Part shown: in pieces, positions 33,878 to 44,120 of the stretch
Layout: every line of letters begins with the position of its first letter
Numbering within the stretch: the stretch's first letter is position 1
DNA from: a virus
IMG/VR virus record: IMGVR_UViG_3300005563_000031
Coordinates: 32,001 to 96,000 of that record
Direction: 5' to 3' (one strand)
DNA length: 64,000 bases
Made by a program: the position numbers and the translations under genes
The notes under the pieces: generated by a model
Database searches by the model: none
What the model was told of the DNA's origin: nothing
The model's input: the letters and a program-made list of their open reading frames with translations, nothing else

Positions 33878-36339
33878 CTACGGCTCCCAAACTTGTTGCG
33901 ATTGTTGGCTTCTTGTATGAGCCCTACGAGATCACCGCGCTTCACAAGTAAATGGTCGTCACTTACCGCTTGCGCGTTAATCGAGAAACCGCCCCGACTG
34001 CGCGGCTGTCGCCCGTTTGGATTATTGTCGCCGCCTGAGGAATAGCTGTTAACGAGGTTTGTGAGTCCCTCATTAAAGCGCGCAGGAAGAATCTTCTCGT
34101 CCTTGTGCACTTCTGCAATCATATCGTGCGGCACTTCGTAACCGCCGGCAGCGGAGGCGAGTGCTGCGTAACTCAACGCCTCCGCATATGTCGCCGCCCC
34201 CACTTCAGGCGCCAACGCCCAACCGTAAATCGGAATAGCAGCCACAGAACCCATGGCCGCCGTCGCGGCTACGGCGGCATTAGAAGCGGCGGATGCGGAA
34301 GCCGTCGTATCCTGCACAGCTGCCACGATGATGTATTGTGCAATCGCTTTCACCGCCCACTCTACAAACATCTCGATCAATGCATCGATAACCGCGCGCA
34401 AAATATTGCGCATGCCGTCGGCAAACGTCATCGTGCCCTCTATCATGCCAGACAATGACGACGACAACGAGGAACGCAGCGCGTTCGTTAACGTACTCCA
34501 TTCTTGCTCAATTCGTTTAGCCAACTCCTGGCGCGAACGCAACACAGATTGTTTGTAGTTGTTCTCAGCTTTTATGGCCGCCTGAGCTGCCGCGTTCTGT
34601 GCCTTTAAATCATCGCCCGCAAGTGCCTTAAGCGCAGCCGCGTTGCGTTTTTCGGCCGCGAGCTTCTCATTAGCCAGCGCGATTTCTTGGGAGTAGGCTT
34701 CGCGCGCTGACAGTTCCTGCGCGGCGTAGGCGGATTTAACAGCTACCGTCTCAAGACTCAAATCGTTGAGGCGTTGTTCGAGTTGGTTTTTGGAACTCTC
34801 TTCCAACAACCCCGTTGCCTCATCGATATCGTCAACCGCGCTTTGTAACTCGCGTTTCTCTTCGGTAGTAAAGTCGATATCCGACTGCAATCGACCGTTG
34901 TTGACTTGTTGCTGAATATTCAGCATCTGGTCTTCGGTCGACTCAAAGAAACGCTTACGTTCCTCTTGTAACTCGCGCTCCGCTGCCAGCACCTGTGTAT
35001 TTGCCGCCCGGACCGCCGCTACGTTTCCTGTGTAGGTCGCTGCCACATCCGTTGCATATTTACGCAACGCAGACAGCCGCGCCTCGGTGCCCGCTTTAAA
35101 CTCCGCAAGCCCCGCCGCCTCACTCGCCAACTCCTGCGCTGACAGTGCCTTTCGTACTGCACCGCCTTTCTCATCGGCCACTTCCTTTAATGCTTCAGCC
35201 GCTTCGTGTTGGGCGGCAGACACTACTTCGCGCGATGCATCAGCCGCAGCGGCGCGCTCCTTGTCTGTCATCGCAGCTTGGCGACGATCCGCATCACGCC
35301 CAGCCGCTGCTTCTTTAGCGGATTCCTCCGCTGCCAACTGCGCCGCAAAACCGGTATCAGTTTTACCGCTACCCTCACCCCCACCACCTACACCTGCTTT
35401 CTTATCCGCTTGCGCTTCATCCTCATGCACGAGGTGCGAGAGATCTAACTCACCCAAATCCTTTCTAAAGTCGTTAAGCCCCCGCAAACCCTGACCAATA
35501 AAAACTAACGTTTTTTCCCAAAAGTTAGTCATCTGCGTTTCGAGGCGCTCATACTCGGCGTGCATTTTCTTAAGGTCTGTGATCTGCTCCTCTGTCAGAC
35601 CATTAACCGCGCGCATCTTCTCACTAACACCCGCTGCGGAACCATCAAACTCCTTAAACACCTCCGCTGCGAGCGCGCCACGAATACCGAAGACTTCGAG
35701 GATGGCATTGGTTTCCTCGGTGGAAGTTCCCGCCTCCTCCATGCGCCGATGGATGGTTTCGAGCGCTTCAGCGGTCCCGAAGGAACCGTTTGTGATCTGC
35801 TCGTTTGTGATACCGAGCAAATGCAACTTGTCTTGTGCTTCCGCTGCGCCGTTGCGTGCTTGCTGCAACATCAACACGAGCCGGTCGACTGCCCGATCAA
35901 CTACGCCCATCGACACGCCCGTTTCCTCAGCCGCTGCCGACAGCGCTTGGTACTGGTCAGTCGTTATGCGCGCGATGCTGGCCATATCTTCCATATGGTC
36001 AGCACGTTCTGTTAATTCTCCTATCTTCTCAACCAACCGCTCAACGTACTCGTAGATAAACGCAAAGCCGGTTATTTCCTTCAACTCGTCAAAGTCGCGC
36101 TTAATCCCCTCCAGCGTCTCGCCGATGTTGACGCCTTCCTCGTGTATGTGCTCAGCCGCTTCGTGTACTTCCTCCGCCACGTGCTGCTGCGACTCGGCCA
36201 CTTTTTCAGAGGCCGCCGTCGCGCCTTCAATCATCTTCGAGAACGCTTCGTCGGAGCTATCCTTTACCTCGCCAAGCGCACTGTTGATCCCGCTAAAGTC
36301 GGCGGTCCAGTTAGTTTGGATATTATCGTCTGCTGCCAT
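33874..36339 (-). CDS. tape measure protein
   Basis: 821 aa, Ala/Glu-rich helical; SAAGGY...VHKDEKILPA C-terminus. Confidence 0.9.
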   Translation of the reverse strand: MAADDNIQTNWTADFSGINSALGEVKDSSDEAFSKMIEGATAASEKVAESQQHVAEEVHEAAEHIHEEGVNIGETLEGIKRDFDELKEITGFAFIYEYVERLVEKIGELTERADHMEDMASIARITTDQYQALSAAAEETGVSMGVVDRAVDRLVLMLQQARNGAAEAQDKLHLLGITNEQITNGSFGTAEALETIHRRMEEAGTSTEETNAILEVFGIRGALAAEVFKEFDGSAAGVSEKMRAVNGLTEEQITDLKKMHAEYERLETQMTNFWEKTLVFIGQGLRGLNDFRKDLGELDLSHLVHEDEAQADKKAGVGGGGEGSGKTDTGFAAQLAAEESAKEAAAGRDADRRQAAMTDKERAAAADASREVVSAAQHEAAEALKEVADEKGGAVRKALSAQELASEAAGLAEFKAGTEARLSALRKYATDVAATYTGNVAAVRAANTQVLAAERELQEERKRFFESTEDQMLNIQQQVNNGRLQSDIDFTTEEKRELQSAVDDIDEATGLLEESSKNQLEQRLNDLSLETVAVKSAYAAQELSAREAYSQEIALANEKLAAEKRNAAALKALAGDDLKAQNAAAQAAIKAENNYKQSVLRSRQELAKRIEQEWSTLTNALRSSLSSSLSGMIEGTMTFADGMRNILRAVIDALIEMFVEWAVKAIAQYIIVAAVQDTTASASAASNAAVAATAAMGSVAAIPIYGWALAPEVGAATYAEALSYAALASAAGGYEVPHDMIAEVHKDEKILPARFNEGLTNLVNSYSSGGDNNPNGRQPRSRGGFSINAQAVSDDHLLVKRGDLVGLIQEANNRNKFGSRR

Positions 36340-36340
36340 G

Positions 36341-36640
36341 TTAGATAGACACCGGTTTGCTTCTTACATCGCACCCGCCCAATAAGCTCGACAGCTCATT
36401 GAACTCCGAGGCGGTAAATTCCGGCACTTGTTCACGCGGACCGCGCGCCGGCTCATACTTGCCTCTCTTATTGCGCCCTCCAACACCCAGCACAAACGCT
36501 TCCACCATTAAGTGCAGCGGCGGATGCTCGCGCCAAAATTCAACCATCGACCAAAACCGGGGGAAAGTCATTTTATCCACTTCCTCCCACGTCCAGTTAG
36601 TCGCCGCAATGACCGTGTTGTAGTAATAGCCCCAATCTAG
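36341..36640 (-). CDS. tail assembly chaperone, T part (-1 frame extension)
   Basis: open frame LDWGYYYNTVIAATNWTWEEVDKMTFPRF... beginning at the G stop. Confidence 0.7.
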   Translation of the reverse strand, partial: LDWGYYYNTVIAATNWTWEEVDKMTFPRFWSMVEFWREHPPLHLMVEAFVLGVGGRNKRGKYEPARGPREQVPEFTASEFNELSSLLGGCDVRSKPVSI

Positions 36641-36981
36641 GGGCTCGTAGGGCGCGATTCATCTCCCTCCTTTTTGCGCAATCCATTGGCTGCCGTGAGG
36701 GCTTCGAAACAGCGCTTGATGTTGCGTGTATCGAGCGCGTCCATAAACTGGTCAAGTGTGATTGAGGCATCAGCGCGCGAAACACTGGCGTGCAACAACT
36801 TGCCGAGCGCCTCTTGCCACTCGGGGGAGCCGGGATTTGTACCCCCAAACACAAGATCCCACTCTTTGCGCAAGCGGCGCATCGCGCCCCAACTGATCGG
36901 ATAGAACACAAACTTGTGTCCAAAGCCGAGATTCGCCTCGACACCCTCGTCGAGGAACGTATTTTGTTGTTGTGTATCCAT
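36637..36981 (-). CDS. tail assembly chaperone G
   Basis: between tail tube and tape measure. Confidence 0.8.
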   Translation of the reverse strand: MDTQQQNTFLDEGVEANLGFGHKFVFYPISWGAMRRLRKEWDLVFGGTNPGSPEWQEALGKLLHASVSRADASITLDQFMDALDTRNIKRCFEALTAANGLRKKEGDESRPTSP

Positions 36982-37010
36982 CTAACCGCCCCTGAGAGGG
37001 CCTCCTAAGT

Positions 37011-37754
37011 TTAGAACTGCGACAAAGACAACTTCCCAAGGTTGTTGGCCGCGTTCGTGAAGCACGAGAAATCAAACTCCGGGATCGACCAATCTGTGTT
37101 CTTAAAGTCAAGCGCCAGCTTGTCGCTGATGCACTGGTACAATTCGAGCGTCAGTTGGTTGCCGTTAAACGTGTTGTTCAACACCAACTTGAAGATTGGC
37201 GCCGTACCCATGAGCTGGTTCGCGAGCAATGCGCTATAGCCGCCGGTCGCGGTCGTGTAGGTATAGGAAATGAGCACGACCTGCCCGGTGTCCACCGAGG
37301 CAAACGTGTAGACACCCGTCGAGGCGTTCACGGAGTACTGCCCAGTGATAGGGCCGCTCGCGACACGCTGCAACACGACACCGGTGGCGGAGTTGACTAC
37401 GCCACCATCATCCAAAAATACACCGCTACCGGGCGGCGCGATCGTAACCTGGAATGGCGTCGTGGGAATCGGGTGCGATTCCGACACCGCCATGTTGGAG
37501 ACACCGGCCACCGGAGTAACACCAAAATAGATCTGGTTGAAGAAGTTAGCCGAGAAGCTCGCCGCCTTTGCCTTGCCGGAGACCTTCGCCGGACCACGAC
37601 CGACCGCCACCGGGTATTGGTATTGTCCGGTCAGCTCTTTGTTGGTCGTGCTGAAGTCAACCGAGATGTCCTGCAGCGTTCCGAACTGCTGCGGCGTGCC
37701 ACCACTGGAGGGCAACGCGAGGACCGTGCCTGCTCCAAATACAAACTGTCCCAT
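37011..37754 (-). CDS. major tail tube protein
   Basis: FGAG, FGTLQDISVDFS..KELTGQYQYPVAVGRG, IPEFDFS. Confidence 0.9.
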   Translation of the reverse strand: MGQFVFGAGTVLALPSSGGTPQQFGTLQDISVDFSTTNKELTGQYQYPVAVGRGPAKVSGKAKAASFSANFFNQIYFGVTPVAGVSNMAVSESHPIPTTPFQVTIAPPGSGVFLDDGGVVNSATGVVLQRVASGPITGQYSVNASTGVYTFASVDTGQVVLISYTYTTATGGYSALLANQLMGTAPIFKLVLNNTFNGNQLTLELYQCISDKLALDFKNTDWSIPEFDFSCFTNAANNLGKLSLSQF

Positions 37755-37780
37755 ACATCACCATCCTTGGTTAATCAAAC

Positions 37781-38242
37781 TCACTGTGGAGATTGGATCT
37801 CCACAGGCATCCTTGCAATCGCCTGGCTTTGCGACAAGAAACCTAGCGAGATTTCCGCCGGACCGCTCAACGAGCAGTAGTTAACCAGACCGCCTAGCGT
37901 GTTCTTTAAACCGATACACGGATTCACGCCGCCGTTAGGACCACCGGGGCCAATCATGTATTCGACCCCATCCATTATCACGGCAAGATCGCGTCCGCCC
38001 TGTTCCAACGAATCCGTCCACCGCACGTACACGTACAAGTCAACGGACAACGTGTAGAGTACAGGAAAACCGAGCTTGTAGACCGCATTTTCGCGCATCG
38101 GTACAACATAAATTGCCGGCTGTTGGTGCGCCGTAACCCAATCTACGAATCCGCGACTAACAACCTGTACATTGTAGGGCGGTTTGTTGACCAGTTCCGC
38201 GAGCTGCGCAGTCAACGCGGTATAGATCGCATCACGACGCAC
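37781..38242 (-). CDS. tail terminator
   Basis: RDAIY.AL, QQPAIY, NTLGGLV; position. Confidence 0.75.
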   Translation of the reverse strand: MRRDAIYTALTAQLAELVNKPPYNVQVVSRGFVDWVTAHQQPAIYVVPMRENAVYKLGFPVLYTLSVDLYVYVRWTDSLEQGGRDLAVIMDGVEYMIGPGGPNGGVNPCIGLKNTLGGLVNYCSLSGPAEISLGFLSQSQAIARMPVEIQSPQ

Positions 38243-38741
38243 CAATAACCTCCCGCGTCGCTGCGCGCAGTTTCGATTCCACAGCAGCTTTGTTCTCATC
38301 CGCTGAGGTGCGCAGGAAGGAACGCTGCGGGAATGTAGCTTGGTGTGGACGCACAGCCACAAGTGTTGGTATCATCGGACGACCAAACGCCATTGTTTGC
38401 GTCCGGAAGTGGCCGGGAATGTTGAATACGCCGCCGAACTCGTGCACGCCCGCATAAGGTATTCCCTTAACACCCACTTGTCCTACAATCTGCTCGTCGG
38501 TCTCGGACACAATCTGCCCGGTTACGGCGCGAGAAAGTGCACCCGTACGGTGGTTGAGTACCTGCCCTTGCAACTTGTTGAGGCGCACGTATTCAGAAAC
38601 GCGCCGCATCTCACCCTCAAGCGCCGCACGCACGTGCTCTTTCATCGCGCCGTAGATGTTAGGACCGCGAGCCAGTGCCTCCTCACGCCCAATCAATGTA
38701 AACGTAACATCGCCGGCCGTAATGATTTGTTCTGAAGCCAC
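38232..38741 (-). CDS. tail completion / neck protein
   Basis: RTGALSR, YAGVHEFGG, PQRSFLR. Confidence 0.8.
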   Translation of the reverse strand: MASEQIITAGDVTFTLIGREEALARGPNIYGAMKEHVRAALEGEMRRVSEYVRLNKLQGQVLNHRTGALSRAVTGQIVSETDEQIVGQVGVKGIPYAGVHEFGGVFNIPGHFRTQTMAFGRPMIPTLVAVRPHQATFPQRSFLRTSADENKAAVESKLRAATREVIGAS

Positions 38742-38743
38742 GG

Positions 38744-39388
38744 CTACAGCGCCCAGCCCGCTTGATCTTTATAAGGCTGCAACATAGCGAGCGTACGGTT
38801 ACTCATGCCCCAATTTAAGTCGCCTGTGTCAAACGTCGTCGTTTCGCCCGCGAGGGCGTTGGATTTGAGCAGTAAATTGTTGGACGAGCGCATCACTTCC
38901 ATTACGTACTGGCAACAGGCCTGCGCCAACCCGCCTGGCACATTATCAACACCGTTGTAGCCTGCCGTGTAGGCAATCGACAGCGCGCCGGGGTTCATCG
39001 TTTGCACACCAAAGAACTTAATCGCACGCGGCTCCAAGGTGTCTTCCACCCACGCACCCCAATTACCACCCATAACTTGGTCGGGTGTTATGATCGGGAT
39101 ACTATTGCCGCTACCGGTGCTGATTGAGGTGATCGATACAATCGGGTAATTGCGTAGCACGAGCGTCCACATGCGGTCTTGGAAAAAGCGCCGGGCCGCG
39201 CCGCCGGTGAAACGCAGTTCAGAAAACGGCAGAACTTCGCCTAAATTCGCACGCGAGCAATGTCGGCCGATGAGTTCGCTGCATCGACCGATGAGGACTT
39301 GAATCTGCTTATCGTCAGCGGTGGCTTTGTTGTTTCCGGCGTAGGCCCACGCCTTTACAGCGTCCACCGTTGTGAGCGGTGCATACAC
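38744..39388 (-). CDS. head-tail adaptor
   Basis: LTTVDAVKAW, YTAGY..VP..LAQAC, LQPYK. Confidence 0.8.
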   Translation of the reverse strand: MYAPLTTVDAVKAWAYAGNNKATADDKQIQVLIGRCSELIGRHCSRANLGEVLPFSELRFTGGAARRFFQDRMWTLVLRNYPIVSITSISTGSGNSIPIITPDQVMGGNWGAWVEDTLEPRAIKFFGVQTMNPGALSIAYTAGYNGVDNVPGGLAQACCQYVMEVMRSSNNLLLKSNALAGETTTFDTGDLNWGMSNRTLAMLQPYKDQAGWAL

Positions 39389-39391
39389 ACG

Positions 39392-39790
39392 TTACTCGTT
39401 ATTAGAGCCCGCTGTAGCCAACCGCACCCGGCCCCCAGCCGATGTACCGGCCGGCGCCGAAGTCTGCACGTTGGCAAGCTGCGCGCGTGCGGCATCGTTG
39501 AGCCGCTCCTGCTGTGCCTTGCGCGCCGCTTCGAGGTTCTTGCGCTTCGTCCCAAGGTCATTTTCCGCCGCTTCGAGCTGCTGGTGCAGTGCGTTCACCG
39601 CGCCCTCTTGCTGGTCGACTTCATCCTCGAGGTCCTGCAAGCTCGGCGCGCGGGTAGCGCCGTGCGAATCACGCAGCATGCTGAAATGCTGATCGGGAAT
39701 GAGGAAACAGCCTTCCGCGTCCGGATTGTAAGTAACACCCTCGAGAGAAATTTGGTTATGCCCCTTAGGCATCCGAATTCGTGTTGACAT
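39392..39790 (-). CDS. hypothetical head-associated protein
   Basis: follows capsid; coiled coil. Confidence 0.65.
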   Translation of the reverse strand: MSTRIRMPKGHNQISLEGVTYNPDAEGCFLIPDQHFSMLRDSHGATRAPSLQDLEDEVDQQEGAVNALHQQLEAAENDLGTKRKNLEAARKAQQERLNDAARAQLANVQTSAPAGTSAGGRVRLATAGSNNE

Positions 39791-39823
39791 CTTGTTGGTC
39801 CTACTTTTGGCGATAGCAAAACT

Positions 39824-39881
39824 AAAAAGAGGGCGGAAGGGTACTAGCTATCGCCAGAAAACTAGAACTCGCCTTCCGCCC
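39824..39881 (-). terminator. terminator after capsid gene with large structured loop
   Basis: GGGCGGAAGG/CCTTCCGCCC then TCTTTTT. Confidence 0.65.
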
Positions 39882-39923
39882 AACTCTCAGGGGACCACCC
39901 CTACTCCCACTCGCAGACAGCTA

Positions 39924-41534
39924 TTAGCCGTCACCGATGCCAGCCAGGATTCCGAAGGCCGGCGGGAAGTAGTTCTGCAGAACCGTGTGCAGGTACACGC
40001 CGTACTCGTACCGACGAGTGCGCAGGGGCCACTCGATTTGGTAGTAGTCGCGCAACACACGATACTGCAGGACATTGTTGACGTTGCTCAGCGGGTACGG
40101 CAACACGTCAGTGTAGAACAGGATCAAACCCGGCGGTACGTTCGGGTGCAAGTGGATTGGAATGTCCTTCGCGCCCGACATGCTGTACTTGTTCATGTAG
40201 GACTTGACCATGTAGCCGCCGGCCACCACGCCCTGCTGCGTGTCGAACACGAAGCGTGCGTTGCTGCTGCCGCTATTCGGGCCAACGAGGACCTTGCTCG
40301 AGATGTTTTTCTGCTCCTGTGAGCTGACGTACATGTCGGTTGGTGACAACCGGTAGGTATCCCAGAACCACTTAAGGATGCGGTCGATCTCGACGATGCC
40401 GCCGAGGCCGTCTGCCGTGAGGAACGAACCAACGTACACGCCGGTCGTACCCGAAACGGCCGAAGTCGGCATCTGTGTCCACGGGCCGGGGCTCGTAGGC
40501 GTGCCGAGGATGGTGACGTTCGGCTGGTAGGTCGCCAGCGCGCACATCGAGAACAGGCCGTCGAACGCGTTCGAGTTCTGCGAGAAGTCGACCGCGTTGG
40601 CAACCGCGCCGCCGTAGCCGGGGATACTGTTGACAGTCTGCGTGCCGCCGTTCGCCGTCGCAAGCGCGGTGATGCTGTAGTACGGCACTGTCGTGATCGC
40701 ACCGAGCACCTCAACACCGGCACCGGCCGTCACCGCCCAGAACCACGCATACGCAACCGCACCCGGCACGGCCGTTACGGAGGCGTTGATGATGCCGGTC
40801 GCAGTCGCAGCGAGCGTTGCCGCCGCCGAAACTTTCGCACAACCTGCGTTGTAGGTCTGGTTTGGTGTACCGTCGGCCGTGGTGAAAGTGATCTGCCCCG
40901 GCACACCCCCGGCTACCGTCGAGCGGCGGTAGCCGTCGAGCGTCAACGCCATGCAGCGCACGCTGTAAGATGTCGTGGAAACCAACCCTCCGACGGGAGT
41001 AGCCGCCGCTGCCACCGCGAGAGACGGTGTTGGGGTAATGGTAGCAAGGGCTGCTGTTCCGAGACCGCCCAGTGTGAGGATTTCCTCTTCGATCATCACC
41101 GACCACAACAGGTTGCGCACCGACAACGCCTTGAGGTCGTCGAAGCCCTGCGCAGCGAGGTCGGCGCCGAAGGTCACGTAATCCTCGAGGCCGAGCTGCT
41201 TGTAGGCCGCGATGAAGTCGCGGGTCGTGGTCTGCGTGAACGCATTCCGGATACCGTCGGCAATCGCTCCACCAATCATGTTGGAGTTGATGCCGGTGAT
41301 ACCGCGCCAGTTGGCCTGAATACCACCCTTACCCGAGGTGCGCGGGATCTTGTTGCGCAACGGAGTAATGACCGGAACGAGCGTTTTCGCACCCAGCTCC
41401 AAGTCGTAGTAGTTGATGCCTGTGGTCGCCCCACTCGGCATGTTCCAGAAACCGGTCGTGTCCTTCCGCAGGGCATCGGGGTTATTTACCGCGTAGTCCT
41501 GCAGTTGGGAAAACAACTCTGCAATCTTGTCCAT
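39924..41534 (-). CDS. major capsid protein with internal insertion domain
   Basis: YDLELGAK.L.PVITPLRNKIPR, IHLHPNVPPG, DYYQIEWP..RRYEYGVY; strong codon bias. Confidence 0.9.
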   Translation of the reverse strand: MDKIAELFSQLQDYAVNNPDALRKDTTGFWNMPSGATTGINYYDLELGAKTLVPVITPLRNKIPRTSGKGGIQANWRGITGINSNMIGGAIADGIRNAFTQTTTRDFIAAYKQLGLEDYVTFGADLAAQGFDDLKALSVRNLLWSVMIEEEILTLGGLGTAALATITPTPSLAVAAAATPVGGLVSTTSYSVRCMALTLDGYRRSTVAGGVPGQITFTTADGTPNQTYNAGCAKVSAAATLAATATGIINASVTAVPGAVAYAWFWAVTAGAGVEVLGAITTVPYYSITALATANGGTQTVNSIPGYGGAVANAVDFSQNSNAFDGLFSMCALATYQPNVTILGTPTSPGPWTQMPTSAVSGTTGVYVGSFLTADGLGGIVEIDRILKWFWDTYRLSPTDMYVSSQEQKNISSKVLVGPNSGSSNARFVFDTQQGVVAGGYMVKSYMNKYSMSGAKDIPIHLHPNVPPGLILFYTDVLPYPLSNVNNVLQYRVLRDYYQIEWPLRTRRYEYGVYLHTVLQNYFPPAFGILAGIGDG

Positions 41535-41603
41535 GTGTCTTCCTTGACTTCCTAACGTATGGGAGGCGAAAGTGCCTCCCGGTCCTTTCGGCCTACGCGG
41601 GCC

Positions 41604-42716
41604 TTATTTCGCTACCAAACCAAGCGCGGCGAGTTCGCCGTTCGGCACAAACACGCGCTTGGCATGAATGGCCTTAATAACAGTGCACGTATCGTTGTCC
41701 TCCGGCTTGCCGTCGGGGCGGTTGTTACGGAAACGACCGTCCTCGTCCGCAGCGTGCCGGGTGACACCCTTTTTCAACTCGTCGATCTGTCCGATGACCG
41801 ACGTCACCTTCTGTACGTCGCCGCCCTTTCCAACAGTCATCAACGCAGGAGCAACACGAGGAATCACGGGAACCTCCGGAGCAGCAGCGGGAACGACAGC
41901 AGTCGGTTGCGGACCAACAGCCTTCGAAACGGCTTCGTTGATCATCGCCACCAACTCGCCCTTCGTCAATTCGATCTTTTCGGACTTGCCGAACATCTCA
42001 CGAGCCTTTGACTTCGCAGCCTTTGTCTCGTCGTCGTCACCGTCCATATCGTCGTACCACGCCGGCTTGGCTTTCGCCTTCACCGCGCCCACAGCGGACG
42101 GGTTCGGTGCCTCCGCGTTGTTCGTAGCGTTCGTGGACTCAGCCGGCATCGAGGGCGACGTTACTGACGCACCGCGCTTGTTGCCTTCCGAGGAAATCGC
42201 GTCCTTCTGTACCTGCGACATAACATCACCATCCTTTGGTGTAGTGTCGGTTTTCACAACCGATCCAGCGGGCAAGGCAACGGCCTTACCATCCATTTGA
42301 TTCGTAGCACACTGCGCGCCGAGCTTGCTCAACGTGTCGTGCGCCGTTTGCAACAGTGCAAGGTCATCAGCGCTATTACGCGCGCCGCGCTTAGCGAGTG
42401 CAGTTTCGATGCCCTGGAGCGACTTCACGAGCGCATCCTGGGGCGACAGATCAACGGTAGCGGGTGCAGCGGGCACCTCGTACGCGTCAAACTTCGTGAG
42501 CAAACTGCTCGCAGCGGTTTTGATCGATTCCTGCGTGCTGCTTTGTGCGAGTGTCGTAAGGGTCTTCACGACCGGCAACAGCGTCTCGGCGTTGTACTCG
42601 CCTTTCAGCTCGAATTCCGGCACAGCGGAAATATCTTCAAACACGCGCTGTTGGTGCTTGGCGAGGAATCCAAGCATCGTAGCGTCATCCATGACGGCCA
42701 CTTTGTCCATTACCAC
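41604..42716 (-). CDS. scaffold-like protein
   Basis: between protease and capsid; KRGARNSADDL..LQ.AHD motif. Confidence 0.65.
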   Translation of the reverse strand: MVMDKVAVMDDATMLGFLAKHQQRVFEDISAVPEFELKGEYNAETLLPVVKTLTTLAQSSTQESIKTAASSLLTKFDAYEVPAAPATVDLSPQDALVKSLQGIETALAKRGARNSADDLALLQTAHDTLSKLGAQCATNQMDGKAVALPAGSVVKTDTTPKDGDVMSQVQKDAISSEGNKRGASVTSPSMPAESTNATNNAEAPNPSAVGAVKAKAKPAWYDDMDGDDDETKAAKSKAREMFGKSEKIELTKGELVAMINEAVSKAVGPQPTAVVPAAAPEVPVIPRVAPALMTVGKGGDVQKVTSVIGQIDELKKGVTRHAADEDGRFRNNRPDGKPEDNDTCTVIKAIHAKRVFVPNGELAALGLVAK

Positions 42717-42719
42717 TCC

Positions 42720-43982
42720 TTAGTGCAACACGTGTCCGTGTGTTGCGGGGACCTGCATCTTAACAGTTTTTCCACTGTTCCACTGCATGTGCGCTTGGGC
42801 CGCGTTGATGTGGTGCGCGGCCAGTTCCTTGTTGTCGAGTTCCAACTGTTCCTTCGCGGCGGCAGCGTGCGCGGCAGCGGCGTTGAAATGTTCCTCGACA
42901 TCATTCGTTGAAATCGCTTGGTGGCTCGAGGCAATCGCGGCACCGGTCGCTGTCATCGCACCCGCACCCTTATCCGGCGCAGCCGCCTTGGATACATCGT
43001 CGGGCGAGCTACCGCCTCCGATACCACTGCCACCTGCTATTTTCATGTACTGGCGGTGGAAGCTCGCAGCCTCCGTGTGGGCCTCGATCGCTGACTTTGC
43101 GTGCGTGTCGTTTTCATCCGGTGTGCCGTGCAACGTCGCAGCAGCCGTGTGTTTGATCCACGCGGTTTTGTGCGCCTCGGGAGTCCCGGATTCAATTGCC
43201 TTCTGTGTCGCTTGCTGCGCTTCGGTCGCAGCATTGACGCTGCCCGAAGTCGTCTTGCGAGCAAACGCGAACGCGCGCCCAGCAGCTGCGAGCGCTGCAG
43301 CGGACCTTTCACTACCGGCGTGACCTGCGTTGTTGAATCGACCTTGCTCGCCACGCGGCAGCACTTCCTTTTTCAACTCAACACGCTTAATGCCGTGTTT
43401 AACCAGTAGGTCAAGGCCTGCTGTTTTTCCGCCATCCGTGGCGGTCCCTTCCATGGGCAGCATGAGCGATGGTGCAAAGGGCACCTCTATGTCGCTCCCG
43501 TCGGCCTTGTGAACGGTAAAAAACTTCGCAGCCGGCACACACGGTCGGTCGACAATGGAGATCTCGGCGGGGTCTGCGGTGTAGCGCTGGACCATTTTGC
43601 CGTTTACAACATCAGGCCACTTCTTCGTGTACTTGCCGCCGATGCTGAAACCGGAGTAGGTTCCAGAGGTAACTTTCTTCCACTCCTGATCGTCGGTGAT
43701 GTGCGCTGTAACATCGATCGCTTTTTCATGATCGAGGAACTGGATGTCTTTGAGAATACCGGCGGCAACGCTTCCATGCATCGCGCGAACGTTCCCTAAG
43801 CTCTTACCGCCGGTATCCGAGAACACCGAAGCCGACCACTGTTGGAAATTAGGCTTGCTCGTTACGTAATCGAACACTTCCCGGTCGCGATCTACCATCT
43901 CCTGCGTAGCCCGACCGGTCACGGTGCGGGTTACCTCGTCCACTTTCGTGATGCGAGCGAAGATAGGTTGAATGATTTCCAC
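42720..43982 (-). CDS. prohead protease with C-terminal extension
   Basis: NVRAMH, YSGFSIGG, EISIVDRP. Confidence 0.85.
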   Translation of the reverse strand: MEIIQPIFARITKVDEVTRTVTGRATQEMVDRDREVFDYVTSKPNFQQWSASVFSDTGGKSLGNVRAMHGSVAAGILKDIQFLDHEKAIDVTAHITDDQEWKKVTSGTYSGFSIGGKYTKKWPDVVNGKMVQRYTADPAEISIVDRPCVPAAKFFTVHKADGSDIEVPFAPSLMLPMEGTATDGGKTAGLDLLVKHGIKRVELKKEVLPRGEQGRFNNAGHAGSERSAAALAAAGRAFAFARKTTSGSVNAATEAQQATQKAIESGTPEAHKTAWIKHTAAATLHGTPDENDTHAKSAIEAHTEAASFHRQYMKIAGGSGIGGGSSPDDVSKAAAPDKGAGAMTATGAAIASSHQAISTNDVEEHFNAAAAHAAAAKEQLELDNKELAAHHINAAQAHMQWNSGKTVKMQVPATHGHVLH

Positions 43983-44120
43983 TAACGCCCCATTTATCTA
44001 CTGCGTCCGGCAGTGTTAGATTAGGCAGTCCGTTACCTGATGGAGCGGCAGTATAGATGGAGTTTCGAAAAAACAATACAGGTTTATGTAATTTTCGTGT
44101 AGTAATCCACTTACAACACG

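Noticed and set aside
36660-36680. C AAA AAG as the chaperone slippery site
   Set aside because: A -1 shift there meets TGA within four codons
42710-42725. Stop read-through fusing protease and scaffold (same frame)
   Set aside because: The TAA is part of a TAAGGAG Shine-Dalgarno for the downstream start, so ordinary coupling explains it
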